A DNA stretch of 35,340 bases from a virus (taxonomy: Duplodnaviria; Caudoviricetes). This document shows positions 9,598 to 17,222 of the stretch, piece after piece. Position 1 is the first letter of the stretch. Each line of letters begins with the position of its first letter. The notes below the pieces were generated by a model. The model saw nothing but the letters and a program-made list of their open reading frames with translations. It did no database searches and was not told the DNA's origin. The position numbers were made by a program, and so were the translations under genes. The DNA is taken from IMG/VR virus record IMGVR_UViG_3300034061_003595, positions 1-35,340 of that record; one strand, written 5' to 3'.

Positions 9598-9957
9598 TAT
9601 GAATATTTTTTCTTTTTGCAACATATGATTGAATATTGTTTTATTTAAATTCAATCTCCTAGCCAATTCCGTTCTAGTTAAATTTTTGTTTTGTAAAACA
9701 AATTGTTTTTGTTCTTCGGTTAATTGTGCATCATTCATCTTTTCCACCAACGTATCAGGTGTTTCTAAAATGATGTTGTTTGCTACAGGTTTTTCTTGAT
9801 TTTTTATTAACATGTTTTTACCATGAATGATAAAAGATAAATCTGTATATACAGAATGCCTGCTTAACTGAAGGTGTTCAGAAATCTTTCTGCCTGACAT
9901 TCCTTTGTCATATAACTCTTTGATTACTTTTTGTCTGTTTGTAAGTTCCGTTTTAAT
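9595..9957 (-). CDS. Double helix-turn-helix DNA-binding protein; start uncertain (ATG 9900 or non-canonical ATT 9957)
   Basis: RQKVIKELYDKGMSGRKISEHLQLSRHSVYTDL and LTRTELARRLNLNKT are both HTH-like. Confidence 0.6.
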   Translation of the reverse strand: MKTELTNRQKVIKELYDKGMSGRKISEHLQLSRHSVYTDLSFIIHGKNMLIKNQEKPVANNIILETPDTLVEKMNDAQLTEEQKQFVLQNKNLTRTELARRLNLNKTIFNHMLQKEKIFI

Positions 9958-11081
9958 TCACTCCCTATTTCGTAAATTAAATTACTTGTAACTGCATTTC
10001 CTGCCATTTTATATAATTGAGAATCAGATACCCCTTTATTCCTTAATTCATAATACCATTCATCTGGGAACGATTGAAGTCTAAAATATTCCAAAGGCGT
10101 CAGTTTTCTGACTCTAAAATTATTATAAACCGCTTGATTACAAGTTGTTTCTAATGTATTCGCTATTCCTTTGCCAACACGACCTCGTCTTGTTTTAGAA
10201 CCAATTTGATCAATGTTGATTGAATCTCCTTCTTCAGCTACCGCATAACCTTTTTTTGTCGCTTCTTTTATTAGTATTTGCTTTGCACCTTTATAATCTC
10301 TAGCTGCAATTGTGGGAGATAAACCATCTACATCGTGTACATCATGACCTTTATGATTTGTTTTAGATGTATTTCCAAGAACAATAATTTTAGGTTCTTT
10401 TCCGCTCCCAGAACTTCCTGTGTTTAATGTTGGTGAGATATGATTAACATCATATAATCTTTTCAATAAATCAAAACCTTTTATATTATTTAATCTTCCC
10501 AATACATTGATATATTGTCCATTTTCTCTTTTGATAGGAAATATTTTTCTTCTACTTGTTCCTCTAAGATATCCGACAATGAACACCCGCTCCCTGTTTT
10601 GGGGGACACCAAAGTTTTTGCTGTTAAGCACTTGCCATTCTGCATCATACCCCAATTCGTCCAATGAGGATAAGATGATTCCGAATGTTCTTCCTTTGTC
10701 ATGATTGAGTAATCCTTTGACGTTTTCAAGCAATAGTATTTTAGGTCTGAGAATAGATGCGAACCTAAAGACTTCATAGACAAGAGTTCCTCTTGTATCT
10801 TCAAATCCTCTACGTTGTCCAGCAATTGAGAAACTTTGGCAAGGAAATCCTGCTGCGATAAGAGATATTTCTCCTCGTTCTCGTTCAATCCCTCGAATAT
10901 CGTCATCTGTGACATTTCTAACATCCCAACCTTCCCACATTTTTTTTTCTTTATTGTGTAATAAGTTATAGGATTCATGTGCATGTTTATCGATTTCGCA
11001 AAATCCAACACATTCAAATCCTGCTTGCATTAGTCCATAACCCATACCACCAATTCCAGAAAACAGTTCTATAAACTTCAT
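9924..11081 (-). CDS. C5-cytosine DNA methyltransferase (orphan)
   Basis: Motifs I (ELFSGIGG), IV (GFPCQSFS), VI (ENVKG), VIII (QNRERVF), IX (RKLTPLEYFRLQSFP) and X (AGNAV). Confidence 0.95.
   Translation of the reverse strand: MKFIELFSGIGGMGYGLMQAGFECVGFCEIDKHAHESYNLLHNKEKKMWEGWDVRNVTDDDIRGIERERGEISLIAAGFPCQSFSIAGQRRGFEDTRGTLVYEVFRFASILRPKILLLENVKGLLNHDKGRTFGIILSSLDELGYDAEWQVLNSKNFGVPQNRERVFIVGYLRGTSRRKIFPIKRENGQYINVLGRLNNIKGFDLLKRLYDVNHISPTLNTGSSGSGKEPKIIVLGNTSKTNHKGHDVHDVDGLSPTIAARDYKGAKQILIKEATKKGYAVAEEGDSINIDQIGSKTRRGRVGKGIANTLETTCNQAVYNNFRVRKLTPLEYFRLQSFPDEWYYELRNKGVSDSQLYKMAGNAVTSNLIYEIGSELKRNLQTDKK
10490..10924 (-). CDS. Nested alternative-frame ORF within the methyltransferase (putative beta-type subunit)
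   Basis: Long open frame. GGAAGG precedes ATG at 10924. QMTIF near the N-terminus. C-terminal SLSDILEEQVEEKYFLS resembles a segment normally in frame in C5 MTases. Confidence 0.55.
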   Translation of the reverse strand: MLEMSQMTIFEGLNENEEKYLLSQQDFLAKVSQLLDNVEDLKIQEELLSMKSLGSHLFSDLKYYCLKTSKDYSIMTKEEHSESSYPHWTNWGMMQNGKCLTAKTLVSPKTGSGCSLSDILEEQVEEKYFLSKEKMDNISMYWED

Positions 11082-11542
11082 GGAAGTATAAACACCTCCA
11101 CGTTTCTTCTGCCAAAATTAATCGCTTGTTCCAAATCGTACATATAAATGTCTATCTTCCCTTCAGTTATGGCTGAACCTCTATCTGTGCAAAAGAAAAC
11201 ATTTTCAAACATAGGGATATACACTGCAGTTCCAAAGTCCATTGAACGTGGACAAGCTATAGTTCTTCCCTCTATCGTAGGTTCTCCGCTAGCAGTAAAG
11301 CCATAATTTAAATCTCCTGGATTTTTACCTGTTGATTCAAACCCGTCAGTATAAGCAGTTGCTTCAAATATTTCAAATTGTGGTTCAATCTTTTCCTTTA
11401 CAATAACTTCTTTTATTTGAATAATAGTTTCTTTTTTTACTTCTTCTTCTATGTTTGAAATTTTAGAATTAATAATGAAAACCAAAACCAATAATACAAT
11501 AATAATTAAGATATTTGTGATGTGAAATACGATGTTTTTCAT
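11078..11542 (-). CDS. Membrane-anchored 3D (Asp-Asp-Asp) domain cell-wall protein
   Basis: N-terminal TM helix. ATAYT...GFTASG...TIACP...FGT...DRGSAI...KIDIY. Confidence 0.88.
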   Translation of the reverse strand: MKNIVFHITNILIIIVLLVLVFIINSKISNIEEEVKKETIIQIKEVIVKEKIEPQFEIFEATAYTDGFESTGKNPGDLNYGFTASGEPTIEGRTIACPRSMDFGTAVYIPMFENVFFCTDRGSAITEGKIDIYMYDLEQAINFGRRNVEVFILP

Positions 11543-11649
11543 TCAATCCCTCTTTTCTCTAGTATAAAGTAAACCAATTCCATGAAGTAATAAAAAATAA
11601 CTGCGAATAAAGAATACAGTAAAATCATCATTCCAATGAACTTAAACAT
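11539..11649 (-). CDS. 36-aa membrane peptide (not in ORF track)
   Basis: MFKFIGMMILLYSLFAVIFYYFMELVYFILEKRGIE*. Overlaps both neighbours, with ATGA coupling to the 3D gene. Confidence 0.55.
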   Translation of the reverse strand: MFKFIGMMILLYSLFAVIFYYFMELVYFILEKRGIE

Positions 11650-11986
11650 TTTCTTCATTTTCCTGTACCCGATTCACAGAATCTTCTGTCTTAAATCCTT
11701 CAGGATAACGTTTGACTAACTTCTGAATATTATACTCGGCAACTTCTTCAAGGTTGATGTTGAGTGTTGTACACATGCCTGCGACATACCACAGTACATC
11801 ACCAAGTTCAGAAGCTAATTTCTCTACATCAAAATCATGACCTTGAAACAAAACTTTCTTCATGTAATCGACAGTTTCCCCTGATTCACCAACTAAACCC
11901 ATGCTCATGTTAACCAATGTCAATTCTACTCCTCTTTCCGTGTTAAGTGTTCTTGCAGCTAATTCTTGATATTCGTTAAAGTTCAT
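11642..11986 (-). CDS. MazG-like nucleotide pyrophosphohydrolase
   Basis: NEYQELAART...GLVGESGE...ELGDVLWY...NIQKLVKRYP all-alpha NTP-PPase pattern. Confidence 0.9.
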   Translation of the reverse strand: MNFNEYQELAARTLNTERGVELTLVNMSMGLVGESGETVDYMKKVLFQGHDFDVEKLASELGDVLWYVAGMCTTLNINLEEVAEYNIQKLVKRYPEGFKTEDSVNRVQENEENV

Positions 11987-11999
11987 TGTCTATTCTCCT

Positions 12000-12371
12000 T
12001 TATTCTACTTTTTGGAATTCTATTTCTACTCTTGGACTAACCTTGTCTATCTCGAAGTCTTGAATTTGTGGTAATGCCCATCTGTCATCTACATAAATCT
12101 GTGCATCTTCTAAAGCGTCCATCAAAATTTTTATTGTGTTATGAGTATCACGTCTACGATAATCAGGAAAATAATACCACAACTTAACGATAGTTTTATG
12201 ATGGGCGGTAGACCATTCATTTTTAACCCTCCAATCTGAAGCCTTTATAACTGTTTCCTCGAACCACATTTTAGCTGACTTGCTTAGTATTCGTGATAAA
12301 CGATGTCCGATGCGACCATTGATATACATGTGGTTCACTGATGGTGGTAATGTCAATTTCAACCTTTCCAT
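12000..12371 (-). CDS. rusA: RusA-like Holliday junction resolvase
   Basis: LPPSVNHMY...RRRDTHNTIKILMDAL...YVDD...PRVEI. ATG at 12371 is TAATG-coupled. Confidence 0.85.
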   Translation of the reverse strand: MERLKLTLPPSVNHMYINGRIGHRLSRILSKSAKMWFEETVIKASDWRVKNEWSTAHHKTIVKLWYYFPDYRRRDTHNTIKILMDALEDAQIYVDDRWALPQIQDFEIDKVSPRVEIEFQKVE

Positions 12372-12556
12372 TAAATCATCCCTCTCCTTCCTAAATCTAT
12401 TATTAGCAACGCACATTCAACTTGTGGTCTTCTTATTCTTTTAGCAATATCGCTGATGTGCATTTTCTTATTATACATCACTATCATTTTCTGTACTTGT
12501 CTTTCTGTCCAAAAGTAATCCAAGTCATCAAGTGCGATGTAGTTTGTTATACTCAT
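12371..12556 (-). CDS. Small HTH-like protein
   Basis: YIALDDLDYFW...MHISDIAKRIRRPQVECALLIID. Confidence 0.6.
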   Translation of the reverse strand: MSITNYIALDDLDYFWTERQVQKMIVMYNKKMHISDIAKRIRRPQVECALLIIDLGRRGMI

Positions 12557-12722
12557 TCTTGATCTCCTTTACTTTTTTCTTTAGGTTTTTTGTATCCCAA
12601 AGCACTTCTCCATACTCAAGAAAACTACATGTTTGAACTGTGATTCCTAGTTTCTCCGCCATTTCCTCTTTGGTCATTTTACAATGTTCTCTTACTTTTT
12701 TTAGGTAAACATTGAATTTCAT
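12528..12722 (-). CDS. XRE-family HTH protein
   Basis: LKKVREHCKMTKEEMAEKLGITVQTCSFLEYG. Confidence 0.8.
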   Translation of the reverse strand: MKFNVYLKKVREHCKMTKEEMAEKLGITVQTCSFLEYGEVLWDTKNLKKKVKEIKNEYNKLHRT

Positions 12723-13522
12723 TCATCGTCACTATCCTTTCTCATGCGATAGTTTAGATTGTCACCAACTAATTCGACAGTATAATTTTTAGACATCTCA
12801 TAGATTCTGCTTCCTAACGCCTCGTCAATCTTTAGCAAATCATCAACTAACTTTTCTGATGAAATAAGCATAGGAAGGTTATTCATATAACGATAATTCA
12901 CAACTGCAAACATCTGCTCAATTTGAAACTGTGTATTTTCTTTTCTTCCCTTGAAAAGGTCATCAATGAAAAGCACTTCAGCCTTTTGCATTTTCTCAAT
13001 TCTGTTGTTAAGGTTATCGAAGTCTGACTTCAAATCATTAAATCCCTCTACGAAAGGAAAATAAAACACTTGAATGCCTTTATCGATTAAAGCGTTGGCG
13101 ATAGCCATAAGTAAATGGGTTTTACCTGCTCCGCTATTTCCCAAAAGTGAAACGGAATTGTTGCGAGTATTTCTGATTTTATCAAATGCTCCGACATAAT
13201 TCAACGCACATTTGTGAGCGTTATTTACAGAAGGCTCCATCCAAGCGGTATCCCATCTCCCAAATGTTTTGAACCTAAACTCTGAAGTGATTTGACTAGC
13301 TTTAAATAATCTTTCAGGCTTAGAATTTTTAAAACACTCACACTCAACATAATATTCTACATCGTCTCTTTTAACAACATATCCCAAATTGTCTTTGCAC
13401 TTGTCACAATTATAAGTATTCCTTGGAAGTGTATTTTGATATTCTTCCGTTTGTGACAGTTTTTTCATTTCCTCGATTTTCAGAAGTATTTCTGTCATGT
13501 CCATATCTTTTAGGCTTTTCAT
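12719..13522 (-). CDS. DnaC/IstB-like AAA+ helicase loader
   Basis: Zn motif CDKC..CEC, Walker A GNSGAGKT, Walker B LFIDD, SRIYEM and NYR motifs. Confidence 0.9.
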   Translation of the reverse strand: MKSLKDMDMTEILLKIEEMKKLSQTEEYQNTLPRNTYNCDKCKDNLGYVVKRDDVEYYVECECFKNSKPERLFKASQITSEFRFKTFGRWDTAWMEPSVNNAHKCALNYVGAFDKIRNTRNNSVSLLGNSGAGKTHLLMAIANALIDKGIQVFYFPFVEGFNDLKSDFDNLNNRIEKMQKAEVLFIDDLFKGRKENTQFQIEQMFAVVNYRYMNNLPMLISSEKLVDDLLKIDEALGSRIYEMSKNYTVELVGDNLNYRMRKDSDDE

Positions 13523-14165
13523 TTTTCATCACCCTCTCGTAAACCCAACCTATCATAACATGATAGTGGCTTTTGTATTTTGGCTCTTTTGCTTGAATGT
13601 AGTTGTTGAGAATCTCTAAACCCTTTTGCAGTAGCGTTTCATCTTCATACTTCTTGGTTAGTTGTTGATGTTCCTCTTGTGTAAGCAGGACTCTTTCTAA
13701 ATATCTTTCCTTACCTAACTTAACCTTACCTAACCTATCCTTACCTAACCTATGCTGACATTTGTCTGTCACTTGACTGTCATTTGTCTGACATATGGGT
13801 GACATTTGACTTTCATCACCTAAATTTCTATTTCCTTCCAAAAACTCTACGTCTGTCAAACGAATTAATAAATCCTTGTAAATACTATCTACTTTGCGTT
13901 CTGCTCGAATCAGATTGTGTTCATTCCAATGTGTAATGTATGAAACCAAATCCTCGTTTAGAACGATCACAAATTCCTTTGCCACTAGAATCTTTAAATC
14001 GTCTTCTGTGGCACTTATCATTCTCATGATATTAAACCCTTCGACTACACCTTCATCGTCCGCATTTAGCCCTAAGTGAAAGTATAAACATTGTGTAGAC
14101 ACAGGCATTTTTAAAAACTTTGCGGAATTAATAATCTTCTTGCTGAACATTCTTCTTTGTGCCAT
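13410..14165 (-). CDS. Phage replication initiator / replisome organiser
   Basis: MAQRRMFSKKIINSAKFLKMPVSTQCLYFHLGLNADDEG N-terminus. Upstream of the loader. Contains internal repeats. Confidence 0.85.
   Translation of the reverse strand: MAQRRMFSKKIINSAKFLKMPVSTQCLYFHLGLNADDEGVVEGFNIMRMISATEDDLKILVAKEFVIVLNEDLVSYITHWNEHNLIRAERKVDSIYKDLLIRLTDVEFLEGNRNLGDESQMSPICQTNDSQVTDKCQHRLGKDRLGKVKLGKERYLERVLLTQEEHQQLTKKYEDETLLQKGLEILNNYIQAKEPKYKSHYHVMIGWVYERVMKNEKPKRYGHDRNTSENRGNEKTVTNGRISKYTSKEYL
13709..13810. repeat. Probable replication origin iterons inside the initiator gene
   Basis: CCTTACCTAAC repeated three times at a 15-bp period, followed by GACATTTGTC / GTCATTTGTC / GACATTTGAC repeats. Confidence 0.6.
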
Positions 14166-14175
14166 ACCATCACCC

Positions 14176-14409
14176 CTATAAAAGATAGTAATTAATTCTG
14201 TATTCACTTATTATTTCACCGAATGAATCACGTTGGTATTCTGTCATGTAAACATAAGCATCTTTTTCCTCTCTATATCCAATCATTGATATATCTTCTG
14301 CTTCAGGCAATTCTTTTACGTCAGAAAAAAGCACTTCTTTTTCAGGCTCTACATATCTACCATCTGGCAGCAATATCCTATAACCTGTTGAATTTTTAAT
14401 CCTGAACAT
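14176..14409 (-). CDS. Hypothetical protein
   Basis: 77 aa, RBS AGGAG, coupled within the operon. Confidence 0.6.
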   Translation of the reverse strand: MFRIKNSTGYRILLPDGRYVEPEKEVLFSDVKELPEAEDISMIGYREEKDAYVYMTEYQRDSFGEIISEYRINYYLL

Positions 14410-14695
14410 TGTTCAAACTCCTTTTATAATCAATTCCTTCTTTAGTTTGGTCTAACCATATGTGACAAGAAACACATAGATGTAACAGGTCTTTTTCTGT
14501 TGTAACGTGGTCTATGTGCTTCCTGCCTATGAGATGTGCCATTTGTGTTGCACGATTTGCACTACAACGCTCACAGATGCCATTGGAACGTTCCTGTACT
14601 GATTTGCGTACATTTTTACTAATCGAACCTTTTTGACGCTGCGTAGGCTTTATACGCTTCTTAAATAACTGTTGTTTTTTGGTTATCGGTGGCAT
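14396..14695 (-). CDS. HNH-like Zn-binding endonuclease
   Basis: CERC...AHLIGR...LCVSCH pattern. Confidence 0.7.
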   Translation of the reverse strand: MPPITKKQQLFKKRIKPTQRQKGSISKNVRKSVQERSNGICERCSANRATQMAHLIGRKHIDHVTTEKDLLHLCVSCHIWLDQTKEGIDYKRSLNNVQD

Positions 14696-14862
14696 TAAAA
14701 TTCCTCGACTTCGTAATGTTTCTTGACAAAGTGTTCATACACGCAAAACACATCGCAATAATATTCCTCATCGACCACAACACGCTCATATCCTTCCGCA
14801 ATACTTTGTCCACAAGGGCAGTATCCAAGCAACTTTGCATCTTCAAAATTGTCATCGTACAT
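14695..14862 (-). CDS. 55-aa Cys4 zinc-ribbon protein (not in ORF track)
   Basis: MYDDNFEDAKLLGYCPCGQSIAEGYERVVVDEEYYCDVFCVYEHFVKKHYEVEEF*. Perfect RBS AAGGAGGTG and TAATG coupling. Confidence 0.8.
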   Translation of the reverse strand: MYDDNFEDAKLLGYCPCGQSIAEGYERVVVDEEYYCDVFCVYEHFVKKHYEVEEF

Positions 14863-14873
14863 CTTACACCTCC

Positions 14874-15200
14874 TTATAAGTAGTCTTGTAATTTTAGTAC
14901 AGACTGATTGCTCGTTTGTATTGTTTTAAGTATGTCGATGCTTTCACGACAAGCCACGAATAACGCTTCCGCTGTATCTCTTGCTAATAATTTTTCAGCG
15001 ATATTGCCTTTTATTAAATTAGGAATAATAGTAATCGGATAACCTTCTGTTTTTAATTTTAGAGTTTCTTGTGTTTCAGCTATTCGATAATCGTGTTCAG
15101 TTTCCGCTTTCAGTTTGGCAAGGCGATGCAGCTCGACAATCGCCTTTTCCAAACGCTCATTAACTGATTGAATTTTGTCTTTAATCATCACAATATCCAT
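14874..15200 (-). CDS. Coiled-coil hypothetical protein in recombination module
   Basis: 108 aa helical protein, TAATG-coupled to ssb. Confidence 0.7.
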   Translation of the reverse strand: MDIVMIKDKIQSVNERLEKAIVELHRLAKLKAETEHDYRIAETQETLKLKTEGYPITIIPNLIKGNIAEKLLARDTAEALFVACRESIDILKTIQTSNQSVLKLQDYL

Positions 15201-15556
15201 TAGAAAGGAAACTCCTTATCATCAAGAGGTTTTCCTAGCAAAAGTTCTGTAATGTCATTCGCTTTCTTTAGCAAAAGTTTTTCTATAACGATTTGGTCGC
15301 GATAAATTTTGACACCATCTTTCTCATAGTTATTGTTTTGCAATTTACCTTCAAAATGAATATCAAAACCTTTTTGATAATCGTTTGCAATTTCTTCTGC
15401 TACACTGCCGAATGCAACAATGTTAAAATAATCTGTGCGTTTCTTATCTTTACCTTCTGTGATTGATATTGAGTTTGTTAAGAATGCATTTCCTTTTTCT
15501 GAAACTCTGAAATTATTATCTCTTGTCAAAACTGCTCTCATGATTACCTTGTTCAT
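15200..15556 (-). CDS. ssb: Single-stranded DNA-binding protein
   Basis: MNKVI..., TDYFNIVAFG, EGKLQNNNYEKDG and acidic C-terminal tail DDKEFPF. Confidence 0.9.
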   Translation of the reverse strand: MNKVIMRAVLTRDNNFRVSEKGNAFLTNSISITEGKDKKRTDYFNIVAFGSVAEEIANDYQKGFDIHFEGKLQNNNYEKDGVKIYRDQIVIEKLLLKKANDITELLLGKPLDDKEFPF

Positions 15557-16074
15557 TATTTACCTCTTTCCATTAATTTTTTAGTCAAAACCACTTCGAT
15601 TTGTTCGTGTGTGTTACCTTTGGATTTCATGCTGTTGAACCATTCATCAAATCCTTCCAAATCTCCTTTACCAACTTGATACTTGTTTTTAATATTATCA
15701 GGAGCTGGGAGATTCTTTTCTTGATTCAACACTTCTTGTTGTAGTTTAGCGTTCTCGACTTCTTCACGACTCGCAACTGACTTTCTTACACTCAAGCCAA
15801 GATTTGCAATCGCACGACCTGTCGCTGAAGTTTCACAGTTTTCGATAAAAGAAGTTTTATTGATGAATGATGACCCTTCTTTTTCATATGCAAATCCTGT
15901 CGCTGACGCCTCTTTTTCTTCAAGGCTTCGGAAAACGCTAGCCTTCATAACTACCACACCATCTTCTAATGAAACAATTTCAGTGATAATTCTTCCCATC
16001 GGAAATCTCTCGTAGAACTCCATGATTCTTTCGTTGACTGTGATGTAATCCGCTAGTGCCTGTTCTTTACTCAT
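15556..16074 (-). CDS. Putative single-strand annealing recombinase (Rad52/Sak-like)
   Basis: YITVNERI...ATGFAYE...ENCETSATGRAIANLG. Directly upstream of ssb. Confidence 0.6.
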   Translation of the reverse strand: MSKEQALADYITVNERIMEFYERFPMGRIITEIVSLEDGVVVMKASVFRSLEEKEASATGFAYEKEGSSFINKTSFIENCETSATGRAIANLGLSVRKSVASREEVENAKLQQEVLNQEKNLPAPDNIKNKYQVGKGDLEGFDEWFNSMKSKGNTHEQIEVVLTKKLMERGK

Positions 16075-16259
16075 TGTCTCACCTTCCCGAAACATTCAGC
16101 TAAATCAAAAACGAATTGTTGAAACTGTTCCTCATCATGAAAGTTTATAAAACACACACCTTTTTCTTGTTCTATGTAAACAATAATTGAACCGTTTTCC
16201 TCAAAAACTCTAGTAGTCAATTTACCTTGCGACATCTCATGTGTATTGTAACTAATCAT
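16071..16259 (-). CDS. Hypothetical protein
   Basis: 62 aa, RBS GGAGGTG. Confidence 0.65.
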   Translation of the reverse strand: MISYNTHEMSQGKLTTRVFEENGSIIVYIEQEKGVCFINFHDEEQFQQFVFDLAECFGKVRQ

Positions 16260-16440
16260 TCTGCACCTCCGAAACTTCCATCAATGCTTCGAACAAAAGT
16301 TTCTTTATAACTTTTTTTTCTGCAATAATTGTGAAATCATCAAAATAATCATTCGTAATGCTGACTGCAATTTTTCCTTCTTTAAGTTTATAAACTTGCA
16401 ATTTGTGCTTTTCTTCTAGATGCAATGTGCTATTAATCAT
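16252..16440 (-). CDS. Hypothetical protein
   Basis: 62 aa, RBS AAGGAGGT. Confidence 0.65.
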   Translation of the reverse strand: MINSTLHLEEKHKLQVYKLKEGKIAVSITNDYFDDFTIIAEKKVIKKLLFEALMEVSEVQND

Positions 16441-16594
16441 AAACTACCTCCTTGTAACTCATATTGTGTCTTATGAATCTCTCAGAACATTTCCAAGAAC
16501 ATAAATATAGTGTGTCATCGTAAAACCGAATTTCAATATAATCGTCATCTGTGTCAATGTCACATCCGCACGAGCAAGTTGCAATAATACGCAT
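16433..16594 (-). CDS. 53-aa Cys-rich zinc-ribbon protein (not in ORF track)
   Basis: MRIIATCSCGCDIDTDDDYIEIRFYDDTLYLCSWKCSERFIRHNMSYKEVVYD*. RBS GAGGAGG and TAATG coupling. Confidence 0.75.
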   Translation of the reverse strand: MRIIATCSCGCDIDTDDDYIEIRFYDDTLYLCSWKCSERFIRHNMSYKEVVYD

Positions 16595-16797
16595 TACACA
16601 TCCTCCTCTAACTTAAAAATATCTTCCACTGTTACATTAAAAAATCTAGCCAATTTGATCGCTGTGTCAACATTGCAGCCCATGCCATTTTCTATTTTAT
16701 AGATTGTAACTGATGATACCCCAACTGCTTCTGCAAGTTGTTTTTGTGTTAAATCATATCCAATACTTCGTCTTTTGTACTTAATAATGTTTTTCAT
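16594..16797 (-). CDS. Cro-like XRE HTH regulator, first gene of the replication operon
   Basis: LTQKQLAEAVGVSSVTIYKIENG...AIKLARFFNVTVEDIF. RBS AAAGGAGG. Confidence 0.88.
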   Translation of the reverse strand: MKNIIKYKRRSIGYDLTQKQLAEAVGVSSVTIYKIENGMGCNVDTAIKLARFFNVTVEDIFKLEEDV

Positions 16798-16828
16798 GTT
16801 TGCATCCTCCTTTCCGTTTTATAATTAT

Positions 16829-16858
16829 AATTTATCATACATGTATTTCATTTGTCAA
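16829..16858 (-). promoter_or_regulatory. Sigma-A promoter for the replication operon
   Basis: TTGACA-N18-TAAATT with TGn extended -10. Confidence 0.7.
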
Positions 16859-16904
16859 CGTACATTATTATATTTTTTAAAATAAAAATTAGTTTGAAAA
16901 GTAT

Positions 16905-16932
16905 TTGATTTATTTCTATTTTATGGTAAGGT
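16905..16932 (+). promoter_or_regulatory. Divergent sigma-A-like promoter
   Basis: TTGATT-N16-TAAGGT with TGn extension and an AT-rich upstream region. Confidence 0.45.
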
Positions 16933-16938
16933 TTAAGT

Positions 16939-16999
16939 GTGCTACTTTTTTTCATTTAATTCCCCCTACCTAGCCCACTGAAAAGTGGGTATTTTTTTT
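16939..16999 (+). ncRNA. Putative ~60-nt small RNA (or attenuator leader)
   Basis: Lies between the promoter and terminator GCCCACT-GAAA-AGTGGGT-A-T8. Carries the anti-RBS/anti-AUG tract TTCATTTAATTCCCCCTACC. Confidence 0.4.
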
Positions 17000-17009
17000 A
17001 AGGAGAACC

Positions 17010-17222
17010 ATGGACAAAATTAATCCCGACCACTACAAGCAAGGAAAAGTCGAATGCATCGATGCGATAGATTCCGCAACCTACTATTTAAACGGGTTTG
17101 AAGGTTATTGTGTTGGAAACATTTTGAAATATGTTTGGCGTTATAAAAGAAAAAACGGGATTGAGGATTTAAAAAAAGCAAGATGGTACTTAGATAAATT
17201 GATTGAAGGAGCTGAGAAATGA
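17010..17222 (+). CDS. DUF3310-family protein
   Basis: INPDHY...ECIDAI...GNILKYVWRY..KNGIEDLKKARWYL. Confidence 0.88.
   Translation: MDKINPDHYKQGKVECIDAIDSATYYLNGFEGYCVGNILKYVWRYKRKNGIEDLKKARWYLDKLIEGAEK

Noticed and set aside
14661-14855. ORF-track 64-aa minus-strand ORF (and + strand 14689..14883)
   Set aside because: The RBS AAGGAGGTG and TAATG coupling support the other frame, 14695..14862.
16848-16955. 35-aa minus-strand ORF with RBS AGGGGG
   Set aside because: It runs through both divergent promoters and has no evident promoter of its own. It is better explained as the complement of the putative sRNA seed, though not fully excluded.
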